64,000 nt of DNA from an uncultured Kiritimatiellota bacterium (GTDB taxonomy: Bacteria > Verrucomicrobiota > Kiritimatiellia > RFP12 > DVOR01), in assembly GCA_944391085.1 (NCBI GenBank), contig CALXSE010000002.1:10450-74449 (forward strand). Direction: 5' to 3'. The first letter of the stretch is position 1, and each line of letters opens with the position of its first letter. Positions 53,901 to 62,000 of this stretch are shown piece after piece. The position numbers were made by a program, and so were the translations under genes. The notes under the pieces were generated by a model, which was given only the letters and a program-made list of their open reading frames with translations, was not told where the DNA came from and searched no databases.

Positions 53901-54263
53901 ACCCATGGCCGCCTCGGCTTCGACGTCGAATCCACCTCCCGCGACCTCACCGAGGACTTCCTCCGCGGCGTCTTCACCCTTGAGGAGCAGGAGCTTGCCA
54001 CGCGCAGCGGTGACGGCCCCATCGCCGTCCTCCGCTTCTGGTGCGCCAAGGAGGCCATCTCCAAAGCCCTCGGCACCGGCATCCGCTTCGCCCCCACAGA
54101 CCTGCGCATCCGCGCCTCCGACCCCGCCACCGGCGAGCTCGCCATCGAGCTCCTCGGCGCCTGGGCCGAGAATTTCCCCAACCTCCGCGGTAAGCGCATC
54201 CCCATCAAGACCGCCGTCCTCTACGACCATGCCATCGCCTGTTGCCACCTGCGCGACCCCTGA
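50967..54263 (+). CDS. AT-like / PKS-dehydratase-like / Sfp-type 4'-phosphopantetheinyl transferase fusion protein (1098 aa)
   Basis: GAAGGAGG SD upstream. YIFPGTGSFHLEMM is AT-like, but GHSxGE reads GGVGLGAF. FPYLNDYAIG corresponds to the DH LxDH motif with His replaced by Tyr. The C-terminal PPTase motifs are DELGKPHP, LGFDVES and FWCAKEAISKALG. Confidence 0.7.
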   Translation: MALERSEGVLCLIGAETPQALAETIARILGFVTKSRGVRLIDVVYTATCDARGRQCVAGLWVASLEEMARKLRFALEALRSGRTRTREKSGVFFTTHPLALHGGKLAYIFPGTGSFHLEMMRDLALTFDGVRERFDDMEEAFSGFCDVASPSEWLFSTSPEHTLPLSASQAFLPLLASASTYLASKVFADLLKSVGVRPDAVGGVGLGAFSAFHATHHNPKFRLVQILRDAGRMLLRLGAEGRDRAPWVQLTVSGIEVSRLRELALRDPARVVLTQILTDDDCVMAISPDKQAEVEIAIHNGGGVSVAESLPAPFNSGHGDAPMRRRLRDFFVKYVNCEPQIPFYSCVDAAPMGRSTSAVVDGLMAQMMEPLDFRAMIRRMYDDGCRIFVEVGARGLLSPLIAKNLAGRDPVAVIPMHILHRSGGVQVGQALGLLAANGAPMDYSGLRFFAHARRLDFSVPVHEEGAAALTVHLSRSLPAIRPELIDAQRILSMVAAVGPEETGATHLHALPLEIPAGGLECPLLRGAQELARTATTLELQCVLRLADFPYLNDYAIGSSNISLRDPQTRGLTLLSVPSGLEIMAEAAHRLFPDLSLRRIETLRAPHWLAFDFGRLGLRLSASVLSDPTPSGNRTVAVRLCEDREEAPRVAMEAQFVLSPTIPEPPEDLAAQPLASPVDVGWKADDIYPARLFQGPLLRNIRAVVGWGLNGLDYEIRIPSRAALVRRSRNPLFCALPLLLDAVVSGFPLWRSHERFHGAISLPFRCKAIRYYAAWLPEGTRLRCSLRLTNVTPRTFEVDILAMDATGHPVLRVEGWEEVGGRAGQALHDFVMNPSRYFITQPLPDSILPKSARDGVDKTIVGALYVNANPDFFIANHGLWLNALAAAVLTQNEREDFAQMGGVAPRRLEWLLGRTAAKEAVRRLLLEVFRLYEPSADIAVWKDELGKPHPLGDWQQQISAPIDLSIAHTAGLVIGGATTHGRLGFDVESTSRDLTEDFLRGVFTLEEQELATRSGDGPIAVLRFWCAKEAISKALGTGIRFAPTDLRIRASDPATGELAIELLGAWAENFPNLRGKRIPIKTAVLYDHAIACCHLRDP

Positions 54264-54335
54264 TCCTTGCCAGGCCGCGCTCGCAGGAAACACCCCTTCC
54301 CCATGCGGACTTTTCGGCGGAAGCGCACAAAAGGC

Positions 54336-54364
54336 TTGACCTTGCGCCGCGCCGCGCCTATACT
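54336..54364 (+). promoter_or_regulatory. Sigma-70 promoter TTGACC-17 nt-TATACT for ilvC
   Basis: Near-consensus hexamers with optimal spacing, 46 nt before the ilvC ATG. Confidence 0.6.
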
Positions 54365-54374
54365 ATAGCCTCAT

Positions 54375-54391
54375 TCATTCTCAGAGAATGA
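54375..54391. promoter_or_regulatory. 17-bp palindrome TCATTCTC-A-GAGAATGA in the ilvC leader, candidate operator
   Basis: A perfect 8-1-8 inverted repeat starts 11 nt after the -10 hexamer. The loop is too short for an RNA hairpin. Confidence 0.35.
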
Positions 54392-54409
54392 GACAAAGGA
54401 ATCACAATC

Positions 54410-55516
54410 ATGGCAAAGATCAAATTCGCCGACGAGATCGAGAACATCACCACCCGCAAGGAGTTCCCCCTTGCCAAGGCCCAGGAGGTCCTCAAGGATG
54501 AGGTCGTCGCCGTTCTCGGTTATGGCGTGCAAGGCCCCGCCCAATCCCTCAACATGCGCGACAACGGCATCAACGTGATTGTCGGCCAGCGCAAGAGCGC
54601 CAAGAAGAACAGCTCCTGGCAGCGCGCCATCAAGGACGGTTGGGTTCCCGGCAAGACCCTCTTCGAGATTGAGGAAGCCGCCGAAAAGGGCACCATCGTC
54701 ATGATGCTCACCTCCGACGCCTCCATCAAGCCCGTCTTCAAGCAAATCAAGAAGCACCTCACCCCCGGCAAGGCCCTCTACTTCTCCCACGGCTTCGGCT
54801 GGCAATACCGCGACCTCACCGGCGTCGAGGCCCCCGAGGGCGTCGATGTCATCATGGTCGCCCCCAAGGGCTCCGGCACCAGCGTCCGCCGCAACTTCCT
54901 CGAGGGCGTCGGCATCAACAGCTCCTACGCCGTCGCCGTCGACGCTACCAAGAAGGCCCTCCAGCGCACCCTCGCCCTCGGCATCGCCGTCGGTTCGGGC
55001 TACCTCTTCCCCACCACCTTCGAGCGTGAGGTGACCTCCGACCTCGTCGGCGAGCGCGGCACCCTCATGGGTTGCCTCCAGGGCATCCTCAACGCCCAGT
55101 ACACCGTCCTGCGCAAGCATGGCCACAGCCCCTCCGAGGCCTTCAACGAGACCGTCGAGGAGCTCACCCAATCCCTCATCCGCCTCGTCGACGAAAAGGG
55201 CATGGACTGGATGTACTCCAACTGCTCCGCCACCGCCCAGCACGGCGCACTCAAGTGGGCCCCCGAGTTCGAAAAGGCCACCAAGCCCGTCTTCGAGAAA
55301 CTCTACAAATCCGTCGCCGACATGACCGAGGCCAAGGCCGTCGTCCGCGACTGCGGCCGCAAGGACTACAAAGAGCGCCTCGAGGCCAAGCTCGCCAAGA
55401 TCCGCGACAGCGAGATGTGGCGTGCCGGCCAGGCCGTCCGTTCCCTCCGCCCCCATGAGGGCGCCAAGGCCAATGCCGCCACCGCCGCCGGCGTCGGCGG
55501 GCGTGCCGCCAACTGA
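54410..55516 (+). CDS. ilvC: Ketol-acid reductoisomerase
   Basis: Contains VLGYGVQGPAQSLNMRDNG (NADP site) and GCLQGILNAQYTVL. It is class-I length plus a short Ala-rich tail. Confidence 0.95.
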   Translation: MAKIKFADEIENITTRKEFPLAKAQEVLKDEVVAVLGYGVQGPAQSLNMRDNGINVIVGQRKSAKKNSSWQRAIKDGWVPGKTLFEIEEAAEKGTIVMMLTSDASIKPVFKQIKKHLTPGKALYFSHGFGWQYRDLTGVEAPEGVDVIMVAPKGSGTSVRRNFLEGVGINSSYAVAVDATKKALQRTLALGIAVGSGYLFPTTFEREVTSDLVGERGTLMGCLQGILNAQYTVLRKHGHSPSEAFNETVEELTQSLIRLVDEKGMDWMYSNCSATAQHGALKWAPEFEKATKPVFEKLYKSVADMTEAKAVVRDCGRKDYKERLEAKLAKIRDSEMWRAGQAVRSLRPHEGAKANAATAAGVGGRAAN

Positions 55517-55541
55517 GACGGAATCGTGCCCAACACCGAAA

Positions 55542-55567
55542 GGCCCCGGAACCCCGGGGCCTTTTCC
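55542..55567 (+). terminator. Intrinsic terminator after ilvC
   Basis: GGCCCCGG-aacc-CCGGGGCC followed by TTTTCC. Confidence 0.7.
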
Positions 55568-55948
55568 ATACCTACGCTCAGGGGCACCATCGCGGACACT
55601 TCAAAGTCATCCCCACTGTATCCGCCGGGCGACTACGGGGCCAGGCCCGCAGAAGCGCGGGAATGTCTGGAAGCGGGAAGCCGAAAAGGCTGCACGATTG
55701 AGCTGAGGATGGGAAAAAGGAAAGGCAGGTAACGCGGATGGTGGGAACTGCGAGGATTCCACGGGGCAGGGCGTCCCGCCCGGATGAATGCAGGGCACGG
55801 CGAACTTGCCCTCCGAGCCCCCCCCCATCATTGACACGTCGTCAGGGAACGCCTGGCAGGCCCATCACGAACCGTCCGTCAAAGACAACCCAGCCTTCCC
55901 TCCCCCGTCCACAAGCGCCCTCGCCCCCCGTCGAGAGAAGGCCATCAT

Positions 55949-55976
55949 TTGACTTCCCGGCCATTCCTGCTATAAT
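55949..55976 (+). promoter_or_regulatory. Promoter TTGACT-16 nt-(TGC)TATAAT for the giant surface-protein gene
   Basis: Consensus -35 and an extended consensus -10, 69 nt upstream of the ATG at 56045. Confidence 0.6.
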
Positions 55977-56044
55977 AAATGGCATTCTTTTAAGGAAATT
56001 CAGGCCACCGCATTCGGCGTGCCGAAAATCGCGAAGAGAGCACC

Positions 56045-59000
56045 ATGAAACACAAAGCCCTCCGATTCTCCTTCGGGACGGTGCTGGCCCTTGTGGCCGC
56101 ATATGGAAACGCGGTCGCGGCTCAGACTTCCCTCTCGTCCGAGAACGCCTCTACCCATACCCCCACCCCCCCCCCGCGTGTAATTGAAGTTGCCTCCCAG
56201 CCCCCCGCCGCGCGGGTGTTGGGCAACGGCGTCTTCACCGCCGGGAGCACCGGCCAGACGGTGGACGCCATCACGCGCGTGGCGTTGCCTTCGCGCCGCA
56301 TCACCTTCTCGCTGGATGCCATGCTCATGGGCTACACGCTTGATGGACAGACCTTTGGCGCCGTTCCCCCGAACCTTACCCTCTCCAGCGTCACGCTCTA
56401 TGATTTGACAGACCTGGGCACGGGCGGCACGCTTGGCGCGGCCAGCCTGCCCACCGTCTCGCTCTACGGCAATCAGGGCACGAAACTGATGGGCACCGCC
56501 AACCGTACGGGCACGGGCGAGCCTGTCCTCGTACGCCTGGCCGATGGCTCGGAGGTCAGTCTCACGCCCGTGACCTACACCTTTGTCGAGCAGGATATCA
56601 CGCTGGAAGGCTCCACGGACTACCGCCTGACGCTCAACGCCGCCGGCGTCACCCCTATCCTGCCGCTCTTCACCAACGCCGCCACCGAAGCCGACTCCGG
56701 CTTCGACCTGACGGACGTCGCTGGCTATGCGCCCTTCCTCTCCTTCACCGGCACGGTCTCCGTCACGGACGTGGCCGTCCGCGCCGAAGGCGAGGCCTCC
56801 TTGGCGGACTTGCTGGGCTCGGCCTCCTTCTCGGATTCCGCCGACCGGATCGTCACGGTAACCTTGGCCCAGGGCGCGCGGTTGACGCTTGACCGGTCCG
56901 TCACGGACGCCACGCTGGTCTTCGAGGCCGAGGGCGCGGCCGCCGTCGCCTTCGTGGAGACGGCCAGCCTGACCTGCCCCTTTGTCTTCCGCAACGCCAC
57001 CGACGTGGACAACGGCCTCATCACCCTCTCCGGCCCGTGGGACGATGCCGCGACGAACGACGACAGGCAACTCTGGCAACCGGACTCCCTTGCCATCGAC
57101 TGCGACGTGAACGTGGCCTCCCCCTTGCCCCTTATCGTCAGCGGATGGTTCCAGCAAAAGTCCGTCCGCGTCTTCCCCGGGCGCACCCTGCGCCTGACCA
57201 GCGAGGCCGAGACTGCCGCCCGGCTTCCCTTCGTCGCCCTCACCGCACCCACCGCCAACCTCGCCTTCGCGGGAACGGGCAAGTCCGGCGCCCTTCCGGA
57301 GAAATACCGCGATCTTTTCTTCGGCACCTCCGGTACCGTCACCCTTGAGCGCCCCGTGGCCTTCGCTTACGCAGGCAACGAGACCGACGCACAGGGAGCC
57401 CGCTTCCGCATCGGCAACCGGGGCGACGCGGGTTACGCCTTCACCCTGAACGTGGACGAGACCTTCTCCTCCACGCCCCGTTTGGTGCTCGGCGGCAAGA
57501 GCGGCTCCGCCACGCTGAACCTCCGCGGCGACGAGGCGACCATCTACGCGGCGGTCATCAACTTTGACACCGGCTCCACGCTGACGCAGAAGGCCGGTGC
57601 GCTCACTCTCGGCAATGCCGACTGGGCCACCAAGTTCGTCGGCGACTCCGCCACCCTCGTCTTCGGCGACGGCGACACCAAGAACGGCCTCGCCACCGCC
57701 ACGCTCTTTGGCATCCCCTACGGCGTCACCAGCGGCGGTGTGACCACCGACTATCGCGGCGCCGCCGACCTCACCGTCAAGGCCGACGCCACCCTCCTCC
57801 TCACCGAATGTGATTTGCCCGCCGTCGCCGGCACGCCCGACTACGCCCTCTACCCCGTGGGCAAGCGTTCGCTGAAGGTTCAGGGCGGCACCGTCAAGGC
57901 CAACACCGGCGCGGCTGTTACAATGGTCTTCGAGAACCCCGAGCCCCAGGCCGCCCCCATCGCCGTCGCCCCCGTCCCCGGCCTCGAGGTCATCGGCTCG
58001 GCCAATCTGGAATCCTCCGACACCACCAACTCCTCCCTTTCGCTCGACGCCCTCAAGGGCAACGGCGCCGTCACCCTCTCCGGCGTGGTGCACATCGATT
58101 CCGTCCGCCTCGGCGAGGACGACACGCTCACCTTCGACCTCCGCCGCGGTGAGGGCGACGTGGACGACGCCATCGGCGGCTCCCGTGTTACCATCGACGC
58201 CGTCACCGGCACCGCCGGCACCGTCCGCTTCGGCCTCCTCGGCACGAACGGCACCACCGGCGAGCAGACCGTCATCGACACCCTCCTCGCGGGCGGCTTC
58301 ACCGGCACCGTCGGTTTCCTGCTGCCCGACTACACCCGCCTCGACTTCGAGGACACCCAGCTCCCCGAGTTGCCCTTCACCCTCGAGGTCCAGCCCGGCC
58401 AGACCGTCGTCATGCGTCTGGATCAGTACGCCGACGCCGACATCCTCTGGCCCGAGGACTGCTCCAACGTCAAGCTCGTCCTCGTCGAGGCCGGCCCCTT
58501 CGGCGGCGAGGCCTCCCTCCCCGCCTGGCCCGAGGGCGTGAAGATGGAGTTCCACCGTTACGACGATTCCTCCGATGGCCACTCCGCCCTCCCCGGCGAG
58601 GACTACGACGCCACCCGCAACGACGACGGCCTCACCATCGACCTCACCTGGAAGAACCCCGTCCTCACCGGCAAGGTCGCCTATGTCGACGTCGAGTTCA
58701 ACGGTGATTCCTACAACACCGGCTGGTTCCGCCTCGGCGACGCCAACGGCATGCTCCGTGGCGACGGCAACATCATCGGTTCCGACGAAATCCTGACGGA
58801 CGGCGATGACTTCACGGCGGCCTTCAACCCGGAGGGTCAAGGCGTGAACCCGCGCCGGCAGCCTTATATCCCCGTGGACGCGCTCCCGGCCTACCCCGAC
58901 GCCTGGAGCATCGTCGCGCGCGTGACCGCCGCCGAATTCACGAAGACCGTCATGTTGGCCATCGGCGCCAACTACAAAGACGTGACCGGTGGCACGGGCG

Positions 59001-62000
59001 ACGACTTTTCAGGCCGCGACACCCTCGTCCTCGCCACCGGCTCGATGAAGGATCACGGCGACGGCGGCACCGCCGGCGCGGACGATGACGACGACAATGC
59101 GGAGGACACCATCCGCCTGTGGCTCATCCGCGGGCGGGATCTCTACGGCGAAAACCCTGCGGTGCCGACGGAGTACCTCGCCCAGGCCTCGCTCCCGCAG
59201 GTCACGGAAATGCCCCACCTCTACACCATCACCTACGACAACCGCCACATCCAGGTCTACGTGGATGGCCACTGCCTGATGGACACCACCCTCCCCGAGG
59301 ACATCAACCTCGGCCCCGGCCTTCAGATCGGCAAGCTCATGGGCGGCGCCAACATCGATGGCGACCACCTCCCGATCGGCGATGCCCTGGCCGAGCAGTT
59401 CAAGCCCGTCAACAGTTCTGCCGGCGACGGCGTCGTGGACTTCATCCGCGTTTATCGCGGCATCCTCTCCGACGCGGCCATCGACCAGCTCGTCCGTGAG
59501 AATCCGTACATCCACAAAGACCCGGGCGGCGCCGCCTCTAATCACCGTGATGTCCGCTATGTCCGCGTCATCAACGGCGGCGCGGACGAACCCTGGGTGC
59601 AGGAAGGCGCATGGCAGCGGCAGCACCTTAGCCTGGGCGGCGATCTTATCTGGAGCAACGACGGCACGTACGCGGAGCCCGCCGAGGGCGCCATCGTGGT
59701 GGTCCAGTGCCGCGAAGGCAACGCCACCCTGCGTGTGAATACGCAGAAGGGCGGACTTTTCCCCTCCGCCGACCGCACCTATTCCATGCTGATCGTCACG
59801 GGTAAGGACATCGATACGCTTGCGCAGGACGAAGGGTCGGACGACAACTGGATCGGGGGAACCCTTACGATCGCGCCCTACGACGACCCGTCCACGCCCG
59901 ACAACGAGTGGTACACCGAGCGGACGGACGATGGCGCGTTCCGCTATGGCGTCCTGCGCTTCTCCGGCGGCGCCGGGCAGCGCGTCAATCAGGGCCATAC
60001 AACGGTGGGAACCTTCTTCAATGAGGGGCACTCGCTGGCGGGCTACGTCCTGACGCACGCCGTCCTGCACGGCTCGGTCATAGACTTGGCTTCGGACGGC
60101 GTGGAGATCCGCCGCGGCGTGAACGCCACGTTCCGCGCGGACGACCTCATCACGCGCGGCTTTGACGGCGAGACCTTCCTGCGCCAGCTCACGGGCCCCT
60201 TGAGCGGCACGGAGTTCTATCATTACGTCCGTCCTGCGGGGGATGTCTACGGCTACGGTTCCGTCATCGGGAATGCCGACATCTCGTCCAGCAACCAGCA
60301 GACCTCGGAGTTCGTCTGGGTGCCGACCTTCGACAACCGGGAGAGCGAATGGAAGCTTGACGACGTGACGCGCGCCAACAGCGAGGTGCTTAAGCGCGAG
60401 ACGGGCTTCGACAGCAGCACGGTGCAGTTGCCGCAGACAGGCCTCTTCGTCCGCGTGGCGAAGGTGCCGGGGCGGCTCTACCTGGAACTGAACGAGGACG
60501 CCGTCCAGCGCGATGGCGCGCTCTCCGAGCAGGCGTGGTACCGTTATGGCTATCACAACGACGTCGCGGCCGAGACCGTCTCGCACATGGAGCCCGAACC
60601 GATGCACGAGGGCGACTTCGAGAAGGCGGTCGCGCTCTCCATCCGCCTGGAAAACGGCGAGACCAGGACGCTCCGCGCGGACAGCGCCGCCAATGGGCTG
60701 ACCGTCAATGAGCTGACCATCGAAAAGCCCAAGGAGGACGACGGAACGGCCAACGAAACCCTCCAAATCCTCCCGCAGGATGGGACGGGATACAGTCTCA
60801 AGGTCATGGAGGCCGTCTCCACCGACCGCCGTCTGGAGGTCTATTCCGCGCAGGGTTCCGGATCCGAGGCCGACGCGACGGGCGCGGACGGCGTGCATCT
60901 GGCTTACGAGACCGATCCCGGCACCCAGATGAACAATGGCGCGAAGCTCTACGGCGTCGGGACCGGCGTCTACGTGGCCGGCAACACGACGGTGAACCAC
61001 CCGTTGGACGGCTCCTCCATCGCCCGCATCGAGAGCGCGCACGCGATCCGCTTCGCGGCGGGACAGGAGCTGTCGGCGACGACGGTGGCGGCGGCCAAGA
61101 ATGCGAGCGTCGAGCAGACGGGGGCGGAGAACGCCTTCCGTGCGGCGGCGATTGAGCTGGCCCAGGGGAGCCGCCTGACCTTTGCGTCCAATGCGGCGAC
61201 GGTCGACGGGGCCATCACCCTCACCGGCGACGCCACGATTGAGGGCACGGGCACGACGGCGACGCTGACCCCCACGGAGGGCATCCGCGGCCAAACCGGC
61301 GCGGAAACGCTGACGCTTGACGCGGCCGATGGCGCCGACTGGAAGTTGCTGAACAGTGACGTGGGCGCCCTGCCGCTGACGAAGACCGGCACGGGCGTGG
61401 CGGACATCGCCGCCGACCTGCCGCCGAACGCGGGCTTCGTGGATGTCCAGGAAGGCACGCTCCGCGTGGCCACGGGTCTCGCGGGCGAGGGCCAGGCCGT
61501 GGGCCAGGCCAGCCTGAACGTGGAGACGGGCGCGACGCTCGCCCCGACCTCCGGCACCATCGCGGAGGACGTGCTGGCGGAGATTCCCGCCGGGCAGACC
61601 GTCTCGGGCTTGGGCCGCATCGACGGCACCCTGCGTCTGGAGACGGACGCGACGCTCGACGCCCGTGAGGCGAACGAGAGCTCCCTCTCCGTGCGCGACG
61701 TGCAGACGGATGGCCTGACGGCCCTGGCGGACGTGGACGTCTCCCTGCCCGATGGCGCCTCGGACGGCCTCGTTTTCCTCCGTTCGGACGAAACGACCCT
61801 GAACTGGGCGGCCCGTGCCCGGTTGCTGGCGACCGACTCCTCCGCGACCCGTTGGGACGTGTTGCTGCGGTACCGCCCCGGACAGGTCCCCGAAGGCACG
61901 GACTATCTGGTCGGCGTCGCCGGCCTGAGCGTGCCGAACCCCGACGGCCTCCCCGAGGATATTCGCCCCGGCGACGACGACCTGGTGGACAACGAGTGGC

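Noticed and set aside
51435-54293. 952-aa minus-strand ORF, plus the 946-aa (56000..58840) and 1203-aa (59009..62620) minus-strand ORFs
   Set aside because: All are antisense to plus-strand genes that have promoters, SDs, signal peptides or terminators. They are Gly/Asp/Ala/Arg-rich with no motifs.
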